From Akkermansiaceae bacterium (GTDB taxonomy: Bacteria > Verrucomicrobiota > Verrucomicrobiia > Verrucomicrobiales > Akkermansiaceae): DNA of 64,000 nucleotides. Below the pieces are notes generated by a model that did no database searches, was not told the origin of the DNA, and worked only from the letters and a program-made list of their open reading frames with translations. This document shows positions 51,657 through 61,777 of this stretch, one piece after another. Each line of letters begins with the position of its first letter. Positions within the stretch are counted from its first letter, which is position 1. The stretch spans positions 1 to 64,000 of the forward strand of contig JBPOGF010000012.1 of the NCBI GenBank assembly GCA_051251915.1, read 5' to 3'. The position numbers and the translations under genes are program-made.

Positions 51657-52310
51657 ATGAATGAACAATTATTTTTCAATGGCTTCATCTACCTCCTAGC
51701 CGCTGCCTTAGCCGCACCACTCGGTAGGCGTTTCGGAGTAGGAGCAGTCCTCGGTTACCTATTTATAGGAGCCATCGTCGGCCCCGCCTCCCTCGGCTGG
51801 GTTGGAGAAAATCAAGAAGAAGTAATGCACTTCGCTGAATTCGGCGTTGTCTTAATGCTGTTCGTCATCGGACTAGAGATCAATCTATCTAGACTCTGGA
51901 AAATGCGTGGCCCTATCCTCGGACTCGGAGGCCTTCAGGTTGGTCTCACCACCCTAGTCCTCGCCGCCGCAGCCTTATTATTAAACATAAATTGGCAAGA
52001 AGCCCTCGCCATGGGCATGATCCTATCCCTCTCATCCACCGCCATAGTCATGCAGACCCTGCGCGAACGCGGCATCATGGACACCAGTGCAGGTGAACAA
52101 AGTTTCGCTGTTTTGCTATTCCAAGCCCTAGGTCATCCAGAAGATCACGTCCATGACGCAAAGCACAGATTCCTAGCCCATGAAGTCGAAGCCATCAAAG
52201 CGGCTGCTCCACATTATCACGATGAAAAAACATACATCGGCATAGCCCAGCAGAACCTAAAAGACCTAGACAGCTTGCTCTTAAACGCCCCACTAAAAAG
52301 CAGAGACTAA
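51657..52310 (+). pseudogene. KefB/KefC-type CPA2 K+/H+ antiporter with large in-frame internal deletion
   Basis: N-terminal AEFGVVLMLFVIGLE...LSSTAIV...FAVLLFQ joins directly to a Kef-like C-terminal tail (ALG.....F..HE...). Most TM helices and the KTN domain are missing. Confidence 0.75.
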
Positions 52311-52344
52311 AATTAAGAGCAACCAGATCTAACAATAAGAAAGC

Positions 52345-53145
52345 CTACTTACCGTCACTAGGCAACTCTTTGATACGGATATTACGATACAGAATCTCTG
52401 CCCACTCAGCCTGGAGACCTATACGTCCTTTACTCAGCGGCACATACTTGCCGTCTTTGTTTTTCTCCTCCATGTCAAACACCTCAAGCACCTCCTCACC
52501 ATTCAAAATAAACGTCGCCTTCTTAGAACCTTCAACACGGATTTCCATCTCATTCCACTCCCCCTTCGGCTTCTCAACACCAAGTTGTGTTGGACAACCT
52601 TTACCCGTCACAAGTTTACCATCTTTAGAATACGACCCGCCAATACGAGGAGTCTTCGCACGGAGATCTTTCCCCAAAACGAATAGATCACCAGAATGGA
52701 AACGGTTTCTCCCACTCTTGCTCACATCAGACTCACCTATCTGCATTTCCACAGACAACGGCCATACTTTCTTCAAGTTGCCATGCACATGAAACAACAA
52801 CCCCGCATCTCTATCCATCTTCTCACGTGGAGCAAAGCGTGGCCCTAACCACTTATACTCTACCTTCAGTATGAAATGACTAAACTCTGCTTCGGAATTG
52901 AGACAATCAGACTTCTGCTTAGAATCAGGCTTCTCACCTGCATAAGCATGGATCGCTTTCTCTTTCTCATTCACAGAAAAAGCGCCCCAGTTGTTCTCTC
53001 CAGTGCTCTTCGCAGCGGTCCACCCCTTCAGTGACTTACCATCAAAGAGAGGAACAAAACCTTCTGCGTCAGCCTTTTCATCGGCTGACAAACTAGAGAC
53101 GGCGAACGCAGATACTGCGAGTAGTAGATTCATGGTTTTTATCAT
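52345..53145 (-). CDS. DUF1080 (3-keto-disaccharide hydrolase family) secreted protein
   Basis: LFDGKSLKGW, GEWNEMEI, GRIGLQAE...YRNIRIKEL. Confidence 0.9.
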   Translation of the reverse strand: MIKTMNLLLAVSAFAVSSLSADEKADAEGFVPLFDGKSLKGWTAAKSTGENNWGAFSVNEKEKAIHAYAGEKPDSKQKSDCLNSEAEFSHFILKVEYKWLGPRFAPREKMDRDAGLLFHVHGNLKKVWPLSVEMQIGESDVSKSGRNRFHSGDLFVLGKDLRAKTPRIGGSYSKDGKLVTGKGCPTQLGVEKPKGEWNEMEIRVEGSKKATFILNGEEVLEVFDMEEKNKDGKYVPLSKGRIGLQAEWAEILYRNIRIKELPSDGK

Positions 53146-53249
53146 AGGAGATAAAAACTAGAGTGAATCACCACCCATGGAAAGAGGTAAATTCCCCTAT
53201 TTGCTAATTATCTATTGTCTAAGCCACTTGTAGAAGCGGCCCCTAAAAT

Positions 53250-54800
53250 CTACTCAAGCAGTGAAACTCCAGTCATTTCAACCGGCTTTTCAACACCTAA
53301 CATATCTAACAATGTCGGCGCTACATCCGCGAGAATACCATCATTGACCCTCACAGAACCTGCATTTTCAGCCACATAAATAGCATGTACTAAATTAGTC
53401 GTATGCGCGGTATGTGGAGAACCATCTTCATTGATCATCTTCTCACAGTTACCGTGATCCGCCGTGATTAGCAACTTACCGCCTAGTCTCAGAGTCTCCT
53501 CAACCACAGCCTTCACTCCATCATCGATCGCCTCACAAGCCTTCATCGCAGCCTTCACTATGCCAGTGTGCCCTACCATATCGGGGTTCGCAAAATTCAG
53601 AATCACCATGTCATAATCCTTAAGTCTAGAAACCAAAGTCTCAGTAACCTCGGGCGCACTCATCTCTGGCTGTAAATCATATGTCGCCACCTGCGGAGAC
53701 TTCGCTACGTAGCGATCTTCACCTGGGAATGGAACCTCCTCACCACCATTGAAAAAGTAAGAAACATGCGGATACTTCTCAGTCTCAGCGATCCTTAGCT
53801 GAGTCTTCCCAGCATCTGAAACCACTTCTCCTAGCACATTCTTCATGCTGCTAGGCTTATATACTACCTCACAATCATACTTAGCATCGTACTCTGTTAG
53901 AGTCACGTAATGTGTCTTAGGATGCACCTCCTTATCGAAACCTTCAAACGCCTCTCCATCAAGAAATGCATTAGAAATCTGTCGCGCACGATCTGCTCTA
54001 TAGTTAAACCAGAACACCACATCTCCATCATTGATCCGTTGCTCATCAACGCCTTCAAGAACATAAGGCTTGATGAATTCATCAGTCTCACCCTTTTCAT
54101 AAGCATCAGCCACAGCCTCACTCGCAGAGCCCTCCCACTCAGTCCCTCGACCAAGTACAATCGCATCCCAAGCTAGCTTATTCCTGTCCCATCGTGTGTC
54201 ACGGTCCATCGCAAAATATCTACCAATAACTGTAGCTATCTTCGCCTTAGTCCCTGAGATATCTCGCTGAAGTCTTTCCAGATACCCCACACCACCAGTC
54301 GGAGAAGTATCACGCCCATCAGTGATCGCATGAATGAATATATCCTCCACCCCAGCCTTATCAGCAGCCTTCACAAATGCAGCCAAATGATCCTGATGAC
54401 TATGTACACCACCATCAGATACTAGCCCTATAAAATGAAATCGTTTCCCGTTTTCCTTCGCTACAGCAAACGCCTTTTTCAGAACCTCATTCTCCGGCAT
54501 TTCGCCATCAGCTATAGATTTATTGATTCTCGTAAGTTCCTGATAGACCACTCTACCAGCACCCAGATTTAGATGACCTACCTCACTATTCCCCATCTGA
54601 CCATCAGGAAGCCCCACGTCCAGACCTGAAGCACTAAGCATCCCTTTCGGGTATTTCTGATACAACATGTCGTGAAACGGAGTCGCCGCCAACTCTGGCG
54701 CGTTCCCATCCTTTGTCGCTGTCATGCTGCCGCCAGGGTTCACACCCCAACCATCTCTGATAATCAAAACTACTGGTTTCTTGTCTTTCTTAATTTCCAT
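53250..54800 (-). CDS. gpmI: 2,3-bisphosphoglycerate-independent phosphoglycerate mutase
   Basis: DGWG, GQMGNSEVGH, SDGGVHSH, AETEKYPHV, NPDMVGHTG, TADHGN, HTAHT. Confidence 0.97.
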   Translation of the reverse strand: MEIKKDKKPVVLIIRDGWGVNPGGSMTATKDGNAPELAATPFHDMLYQKYPKGMLSASGLDVGLPDGQMGNSEVGHLNLGAGRVVYQELTRINKSIADGEMPENEVLKKAFAVAKENGKRFHFIGLVSDGGVHSHQDHLAAFVKAADKAGVEDIFIHAITDGRDTSPTGGVGYLERLQRDISGTKAKIATVIGRYFAMDRDTRWDRNKLAWDAIVLGRGTEWEGSASEAVADAYEKGETDEFIKPYVLEGVDEQRINDGDVVFWFNYRADRARQISNAFLDGEAFEGFDKEVHPKTHYVTLTEYDAKYDCEVVYKPSSMKNVLGEVVSDAGKTQLRIAETEKYPHVSYFFNGGEEVPFPGEDRYVAKSPQVATYDLQPEMSAPEVTETLVSRLKDYDMVILNFANPDMVGHTGIVKAAMKACEAIDDGVKAVVEETLRLGGKLLITADHGNCEKMINEDGSPHTAHTTNLVHAIYVAENAGSVRVNDGILADVAPTLLDMLGVEKPVEMTGVSLLE

Positions 54801-54868
54801 CTTGCTCACTTTATATAATGACTCCCCCCGATAGGCAATCACCTACTTGAGATGGTTCTAAATAAAAA

Positions 54869-56713
54869 TTACGCCTCAATCATGTATTCATCACAATCTT
54901 CAGCTAATTCAAGCGCACAATCAATCAGAGCCAAATGACTATAAGCTTGCGGGAAATTCCCCAAATGCCTCTTCGTCTCGAAATCCAGATCCTCACCATA
55001 CAACCCCTTCGGATTTGCATAGCTCAGTAATTGCTCAAACCGCTTCCGCGCCTCCTCCCGGTTACCTGTTCTAGCCAATGCCTTTACCATCCAAAACGAA
55101 CAAACAGTAAACGCACTACTCGGCTCACCAAAATCATCGCAGTTCTTATAGCGATACATCAACCCTCCACGACACAGCTCCCGATCACTCTGATTCACTG
55201 TTGAAACAAATTTAGGGTCCATCGGATCAATAAATCCATAATCCGCCATCAACAAATTCGAAGAATCAAGGTCATCCACCCCATAGGACTGAGTGAAACT
55301 TTGCTTCTTCTCATTCCAACCTTTCTCTAACACATCCGCATGTATTTCATCACGCAATGGTCTAAACTTATCAGCCCAAACTTCCTTCCCCAACATCTCA
55401 GCGATCTTCACACCTCGGTCTAAAGCCACCCAACACAATACTTTCGAAAATACAAAATGCTGCTCATCACCACGGATCTCCCAGATGCCCTTATCCGGCT
55501 CTCTCCAAGTAGCTGCCACCGTATTCACAATAGATCTCACTCTCGTCCATATCCTATCCAATGACTCCGGAGTTCTATCACGAGCTTCTAAATCTTGATG
55601 AATAACATCTAACAAAATCCCATAAATATCATGCTGCTTCTGGAAATAAGCCGCATTACCAATACGTACTGGCGCAGACCCGTGATAACCAGAAAGATGG
55701 CCCAGCTCTTCTTCTGTTAGATTCTTCTCACCACGGATCCCATACATGATCTGCAAGGCATCATCCTTACTCGGAGTCGTCTGCATCACCCAGTCAATAA
55801 ACCTCTCAGCCATCAACGGATGACCTATTCTATGTAAAACAGACACCGTCATAGACCCGTCCCGTATCCAACAGAATCGATAATCCCAGTTCCTTTCCTC
55901 ACCGATAGTCTCCGGCATCGACGTTGTTCCAGCTGCCAATACTGCTCCAGTTGGAGAAAATTGCAGCATCTTCAATGTAATCGCTGAACGCAAAATCTGC
56001 TCACTATATAAGTCACAACGATGCGTCCTAGCTGACCACAGCAACCAATAAGAATGCGTCCTCTGCAACATCAACTGCACCGTGTCTTCATCAGGTGACA
56101 TCACCTTATCGTTATAACTAAGCAGTAAATAGCTAGGCTTTTCTAAATTAATCAACTCTTCCTCTATGATAGCCCCAACATCCAGATCCGAGTAAAGATA
56201 ACATGATTCATAAACATCTCTATGGCCCTCCAGCGTTCCCGTGCTCGTGCTCTTAATCCGAGCATCACCAAACACCTCACTACGCGTTTCTAACCTACCA
56301 TAATCTAATCGCGGATCATAATGTACTCTAATCCTAGGCTTACCAGAAATCGGTTTCAACACCCGGATAATGTCACTAGATACATCATGCTTAGACCCAG
56401 ACCTACCATCCCATGTATAGCGAGCCATGAAATCTACAATCTCAAATTCCCCAGCATCACCTTTAAATCGTGTCACAAGAATTCCCGTATTACGTAAATA
56501 TTCCTGCTGCACCACCTCCCCGTCTTCCATGCTCACCCCCATTTGCCCACCCTTCTTCTCATCGAGAATTGAAGCAAATACAGTGCCTGAATCAAAATCG
56601 GGCATACATGCATAAACGATAGACCCATTGCCATCAATCAGTGCACAAGTTCGCCCGTTCCCGATAATTGCATAATCGTAATCGTCAGTATGTGAAGTAT
56701 CCATTTTTGTCAT
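54869..56713 (-). CDS. Glycoside hydrolase family 15 (trehalase / glucoamylase-like)
   Basis: TTSMPE..G.ERNWDYRFCWIRDG, GIWEIRG, LGNFPQAYSHLALI. Confidence 0.93.
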   Translation of the reverse strand: MTKMDTSHTDDYDYAIIGNGRTCALIDGNGSIVYACMPDFDSGTVFASILDEKKGGQMGVSMEDGEVVQQEYLRNTGILVTRFKGDAGEFEIVDFMARYTWDGRSGSKHDVSSDIIRVLKPISGKPRIRVHYDPRLDYGRLETRSEVFGDARIKSTSTGTLEGHRDVYESCYLYSDLDVGAIIEEELINLEKPSYLLLSYNDKVMSPDEDTVQLMLQRTHSYWLLWSARTHRCDLYSEQILRSAITLKMLQFSPTGAVLAAGTTSMPETIGEERNWDYRFCWIRDGSMTVSVLHRIGHPLMAERFIDWVMQTTPSKDDALQIMYGIRGEKNLTEEELGHLSGYHGSAPVRIGNAAYFQKQHDIYGILLDVIHQDLEARDRTPESLDRIWTRVRSIVNTVAATWREPDKGIWEIRGDEQHFVFSKVLCWVALDRGVKIAEMLGKEVWADKFRPLRDEIHADVLEKGWNEKKQSFTQSYGVDDLDSSNLLMADYGFIDPMDPKFVSTVNQSDRELCRGGLMYRYKNCDDFGEPSSAFTVCSFWMVKALARTGNREEARKRFEQLLSYANPKGLYGEDLDFETKRHLGNFPQAYSHLALIDCALELAEDCDEYMIEA

Positions 56714-56719
56714 AAAGTT

Positions 56720-58951
56720 TTAAATTGCTGAAGCTATAGTTTTAAGAAATGCGCGCAGTCCCGCGATAGTTGTACGATGCTCAGCTCTTGTAGAACCTTC
56801 ACCTATTTTCACCGTATGTAGGTGAACATTTTCAGGTGGCACGATGGAAAACATATTCTCATCAGTCTGGTCATCCCCCGCCGCAAGCGCGATCGATGGT
56901 TGCCACTCTCTGATCAACATATCCGCCGCCACACCTTTATTTACCAATTGGCTAGCCACCTCCACTATCTTTTGCCCATGATGCACAGAGACTGGTAGGC
57001 TCGCTGTGGTAGATGTCAACTCAGACAATAACCCCTTAGCTCTCCATAACCCAAACTCCTGATCCGCCCTACGATAATGCCAAACAACAGAAGAACGTTT
57101 CTCTTCAATCTCACTCCCGGGAGTTAGCGTCACTGCCCACTCTAAATGAGGTAACACAGCATCCTTCCATGCGATGTCCGCTCGCTGGTCTAACATTTCC
57201 CACTCACCAATCTGGCCGTCCTTTAGACGCTTCCAGAAATAACCATGTTCAGCAACCAAATCGATTGTCAGATGCCCAAAATGCTTCTCAAGGAAATCTT
57301 TAGGTCTACCACTTATCACCGCCAAATTCACTAACGGATGCTTGCTAAATTTTTCTAACAACTCCAATACATCCGGCTCAGGGATCGCATCCTCTGGTCT
57401 ATCAACGAAGTCACGTAGAGTCCCGTCATAATCTAATAGAAGCGCAATCTGCTCACCCTTTCCAACCCTGGCTACCATCTCTTCACTCACCTCACCCATC
57501 GTCTCATGCCCCATCGTTCCAGACTCATCAGTAGTTGCACCCTCCAGATCTCCTAAGAAAATCTTAGCCCACGCACCGGCATCATTTCTTGCCAACCTCG
57601 CCTGCATCGCACGCACTCTATCCCACATTTCATCCTCAGTCATCGACAATGCCTCCTTGATCGTTCTCGCCACCCCATGAGCATCATGCGGGTTCACTTG
57701 CAGAGCATGAGACATCTCTTGTGCCGCACCCGCAAATTCACTCAGGATCAATACTCCCGCTCGCGCATCATGCTGCTTGCGCTTACAATCAATATACTCC
57801 TTCGCCACCAAATTCATTCCATCCACAGTTGGTGTCACCAAGCAGACATCCGCTAACGCATAGAACGCCGCCAACTCTTCCATCGGAAACCCACGGTGTA
57901 AAAACTGCACCGGCGAATGCCCTACCTCACCATAATCACCATTAATAGCCCCTACCTCACGCTGCACATTTTCCGTCAGCTCATCATACTCCTCCACACC
58001 CACCCGTGACGGCACAGCAATGATCACAAAGTTCACCTGCGCCCGCTGATCCGGGTTCTCTTCTAAAAATAATCGGATCGCCGCCAGCTTCTGCGGCACT
58101 CCCTTCGTGTAGTCCAGTCGCTCCACACTCAGTAATAATTTCCCGGTACCAAGCCTCTCCTTATGCAACTTCAACGCATTGCGATAGCCCACACGGTTCA
58201 TCGCCTTCTTAAACCCACTCCGGTTATGCCCAATAGGATAAACCCCATAGTTCACAAATCGATTCCCATGCCAAATCCCGTCCGACTCATCCTCCGTCCC
58301 TAAAATCCTCAACAATGCAGATCTAAAATGCCGCATGTAATTATAAGTGTGAAATCCAATCACATCACAACCTAACAACCCCGCCAAAATCTCCTGCCTA
58401 TCCGGTAGAGCTCGGAAAATTTCACTCGACGGAAACGGAGTATGCAAAAAGAACCCTATCCTCAAATCTGGTCGCAACTTGCGCAGCATCGCAGGCAATA
58501 AAAATAAATGATAATCATGCACCCACACCATCCCACCTTCATCAGTATCCTTCGCCACCACCTCTGCAAATTTCTGATTCACCTTCCTATACATCTCCAT
58601 CCACTGCGGATCAAATCTAGCCCTCTCCACCATATAATGCAACAACGGCCACAAAGTAGAATTAGAATAACCTTCGTAATACCCATCCAGCTCAGTCTCA
58701 CTAAGCAACACCGGCTTCACGCCCACCTCAGCAAGCTTCTTCTCATAAGCAACCACATCCTCTATCTCCTCCTCACAAATCCCACCCCAGCCTATCCAAG
58801 AAAAATCTCCCTCTATTCCAGCCCCCTCAAGAGCTGAAGCCAGGCCCCCCGTTGTGCGTTCTACTTCTCCAGAATCATTGATGCGGATCGGGAGCCTATT
58901 CGAAACAAGTGTAAGTTCAGCCATACTCCTACAATGCGTCACCTCTCTCAT
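56720..58951 (-). CDS. Bifunctional trehalose-6-phosphate synthase/phosphatase (OtsA-OtsB fusion); start may be 58924
   Basis: VSNRLP, WVHDYHL, FFLHTPFPS, RLDYTKG, DGMNLVAKEY; HAD domain LDYDGTL...AGDDQTDENMF. Confidence 0.95.
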   Translation of the reverse strand: MREVTHCRSMAELTLVSNRLPIRINDSGEVERTTGGLASALEGAGIEGDFSWIGWGGICEEEIEDVVAYEKKLAEVGVKPVLLSETELDGYYEGYSNSTLWPLLHYMVERARFDPQWMEMYRKVNQKFAEVVAKDTDEGGMVWVHDYHLFLLPAMLRKLRPDLRIGFFLHTPFPSSEIFRALPDRQEILAGLLGCDVIGFHTYNYMRHFRSALLRILGTEDESDGIWHGNRFVNYGVYPIGHNRSGFKKAMNRVGYRNALKLHKERLGTGKLLLSVERLDYTKGVPQKLAAIRLFLEENPDQRAQVNFVIIAVPSRVGVEEYDELTENVQREVGAINGDYGEVGHSPVQFLHRGFPMEELAAFYALADVCLVTPTVDGMNLVAKEYIDCKRKQHDARAGVLILSEFAGAAQEMSHALQVNPHDAHGVARTIKEALSMTEDEMWDRVRAMQARLARNDAGAWAKIFLGDLEGATTDESGTMGHETMGEVSEEMVARVGKGEQIALLLDYDGTLRDFVDRPEDAIPEPDVLELLEKFSKHPLVNLAVISGRPKDFLEKHFGHLTIDLVAEHGYFWKRLKDGQIGEWEMLDQRADIAWKDAVLPHLEWAVTLTPGSEIEEKRSSVVWHYRRADQEFGLWRAKGLLSELTSTTASLPVSVHHGQKIVEVASQLVNKGVAADMLIREWQPSIALAAGDDQTDENMFSIVPPENVHLHTVKIGEGSTRAEHRTTIAGLRAFLKTIASAI

Positions 58952-59074
58952 ATGTCCATGAGAAATTGATATTTATCTAACAGAAACCTTCAACAGATCA
59001 GCCATAAATCCCTGCTCATTCCTGCCTTGCATTCTCAGCCAAGAGCACTAGCCTATTCACCTAATGCCTAATCC

Positions 59075-60289
59075 ATGATGAAAACACTGAACATGCTGAA
59101 AATAAAACAAGCCCTTATACTCCTATCTATCTTCTGCCAATTCTCAGCTCAGGCTCAGACAACTGTGACCTCTTCAGCTGCTCCTTCACCTGATTCCAAA
59201 TCAAACCCCACCGAGGACCATGTCCGTGTCGCAGTCCTCGGCTATCACGACTTCTCCAGCACACGCGCCGTGAAAGAAATGGTCATCCGTCCGTCAAAAT
59301 TCCGTGAACAGATGCAAGCCATCAAAGACCTCAAACTCAGCGTCATCACACTCGAAGACTTCATCCTCTGGAAACAACATAAAAAATCCATCCCTGACAA
59401 ATCCATACTCATTACCATCGATGATGGCTGGAAGTCAGTTTACGAAGAAGCCTACCCCATCCTCAAAGAATTTGGCTACCCATTCACCATCTATCTCTAC
59501 ACCAACTATATCGACACAGGCGGCAGCTCCATGACCTCAGAAATGATCAAGGAAATGATGCAAAATGGCTGCACTATAGGCTCGCACTCCGTCTCACACC
59601 CCATGCCATCGATCATAAGAAAACATCAGCGTGCAGGCGCTGATGAATATCGAGAATTCATCGACACCGAAATCGGTGAATCTAAGAAAATTCTAGAAGA
59701 AACATTCAAAACCCCAATCATCACCTACGTTTACCCAGGTGGACTCCACACACCTGAGATGTTTGAGTCCGCTGCCAATTTCGGCTACAAGCACCTCTTT
59801 ACAGTCAGACCCGGCAAAGTCACTCGCAAGACAGATGACAACCTCATCCCACGCTACGTCATTCTAGGAGAAGACAAGCACGACTACATATTCAAACACG
59901 CCACCACCTTTTCAGCCAATGCCATTTCACGTAGCACCTCAGGCGCCATCTTCAAAAAAGAAATGCCACACACAGTCTCCCCCTCAGCCGGTGAAAAGAT
60001 CAGTGAACGCATGCCCCTCATCGCAGCCAACCTCTCCAAGATAGAAAACCTTGATGAAGCATCCCTCATCATGCGCGTCGCAGGATTCGGCAAAGTGCCC
60101 GCCGTCTACAACCCAGAAACCAAAACTATCTCCTGGGTAGTCAACCGTCGCCTCAGATCCCACCACAGCACCGTGTCTGTCCAATGGAAACTAATCGACG
60201 CCAAAGTCTACCAACCCGCCATGGAATGGACATTCGTCATTGACAAAGAAGCCGCTTACACCCCAAAAACAGCACCAGCACTCCCTTAA
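59075..60289 (+). CDS. Secreted polysaccharide deacetylase (CE4 / NodB)
   Basis: LGYHDF, ITIDDGW, SHSVSH, YPGG. Confidence 0.9.
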   Translation: MMKTLNMLKIKQALILLSIFCQFSAQAQTTVTSSAAPSPDSKSNPTEDHVRVAVLGYHDFSSTRAVKEMVIRPSKFREQMQAIKDLKLSVITLEDFILWKQHKKSIPDKSILITIDDGWKSVYEEAYPILKEFGYPFTIYLYTNYIDTGGSSMTSEMIKEMMQNGCTIGSHSVSHPMPSIIRKHQRAGADEYREFIDTEIGESKKILEETFKTPIITYVYPGGLHTPEMFESAANFGYKHLFTVRPGKVTRKTDDNLIPRYVILGEDKHDYIFKHATTFSANAISRSTSGAIFKKEMPHTVSPSAGEKISERMPLIAANLSKIENLDEASLIMRVAGFGKVPAVYNPETKTISWVVNRRLRSHHSTVSVQWKLIDAKVYQPAMEWTFVIDKEAAYTPKTAPALP

Positions 60290-60345
60290 AAAATGACTCA
60301 CTAGAGTCACACTCCCCCATTAACCAGTAACCAATAATCAATCTC

Positions 60346-61740
60346 ATGTTCAATTCACTCTCAGACAATCTCGAAGGCGTCTTCAAAAAACTCAGAGGCC
60401 AAGGCAAAATCTCCGAAAAAAACATCTCAGATGCTCTCCGTGAGATCCGCCTCGCATTGCTCGAAGCCGATGTCGAATTCTCCGTAGCCAAAGACTTCAT
60501 CGCCAAGGTCAAAGAACAGGCAATGGGTGAAAAAGTGCTCAAGTCAATCAAGCCAGGCGAGCAGATTGTCAAAATCTTCCATGATGAACTCACCGCCCTC
60601 CTCGGTGGCGACCAGTCACCACTAGACCTAAACCCACCAGCACGCATCCTCATGGTCGGTCTCAACGGTGCAGGTAAAACCACAACATCAGCAAAGCTTG
60701 CGCTACGTCTCAAGAAAGAAGGTCGCAGACCACTCCTCATAGCCTGTGACCTTTACCGTCCAGCAGCCATCGAGCAGCTAGCCACCCTCGCAGCCCAAGT
60801 AGATGTCCCAGTTTACAAACCAGAAGCAGGGGAGAAAAACCTCATCAAAGTCGCTAAAGACGCCCTCAAATGGGCCGAGGTCCAAAACGGCACCGTCCTC
60901 ATTTTCGATACCGCTGGTCGTCAAGAAATCGACGAAAAGCTCATCTCCGAGCTCAAAGAACTCCACAAATTCCTCGACCCTAAAGAAACCCTCCTCGTCT
61001 CAGACGCAGCCACCGGTCAGCAAGCAGTATCAGTAGCCACACACTTCGATGAAGCAGTAGGCATCACTGGCATCGTCCTCACCAAGCTAGACGGTGACGC
61101 CCGCGGTGGTGCAGCCCTCTCCATGCGCGCCGTAACCGGCAAGCCGATCAAATACATCGGTGAAGGTGAAAAGCTAGATTCTCTCTCAGAATTCCACCCA
61201 GACCGTATGGCGGGCAGAATCCTCGACATGGGCGACGTCGTCTCCATGGTCGAAAACATGGCGGACAAGATCAACGAGAAGGACGCCATGAATGCTGCCA
61301 AGCGCATGCAAAGCGGCAAGTTCGACTTCAACGACTTCCTCAGCCAGATGAACATGATCAAAAACCTCGGCCCACTCGATGGAATCCTCGGCATGCTCCC
61401 CGGCATGAAAAAGCTTAAAAAACAACTTCCCACTGACCTGCTCGGCGGTAAGAAAATGGCACACATGGAAGCCATCGTCCTCTCCATGACACCAAAAGAA
61501 CGCGAACACCCACAAATCATCAAAGGCACCCGCAGAAAACGCATCGCACTAGGAAGCGGCACCTCCATCATCGAGGTCAACAAGCTCCTCAAGCAGTTCG
61601 GAGAAATGCGCAAAATGTTCAGCGGTAAAGGCGGTAAAATGAAGCAAATGATGCAACAAATGGGCGGCATGGAAGGCATGCAGGACATGATGAAAGGCCT
61701 AGGAGGAAAAGGCGGCAAAGGCGGTGGACTCCCCTTCTAA
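60346..61740 (+). CDS. ffh: Signal recognition particle protein Ffh
   Basis: ALLEADV, GLNGAGKTT, DTAGR, TKLDGDARGG; Met-rich M domain. Confidence 0.98.
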   Translation: MFNSLSDNLEGVFKKLRGQGKISEKNISDALREIRLALLEADVEFSVAKDFIAKVKEQAMGEKVLKSIKPGEQIVKIFHDELTALLGGDQSPLDLNPPARILMVGLNGAGKTTTSAKLALRLKKEGRRPLLIACDLYRPAAIEQLATLAAQVDVPVYKPEAGEKNLIKVAKDALKWAEVQNGTVLIFDTAGRQEIDEKLISELKELHKFLDPKETLLVSDAATGQQAVSVATHFDEAVGITGIVLTKLDGDARGGAALSMRAVTGKPIKYIGEGEKLDSLSEFHPDRMAGRILDMGDVVSMVENMADKINEKDAMNAAKRMQSGKFDFNDFLSQMNMIKNLGPLDGILGMLPGMKKLKKQLPTDLLGGKKMAHMEAIVLSMTPKEREHPQIIKGTRRKRIALGSGTSIIEVNKLLKQFGEMRKMFSGKGGKMKQMMQQMGGMEGMQDMMKGLGGKGGKGGGLPF

Positions 61741-61777
61741 AAACCACAACCTAGAGGTAAGTTTTTCCCTCACTCAC

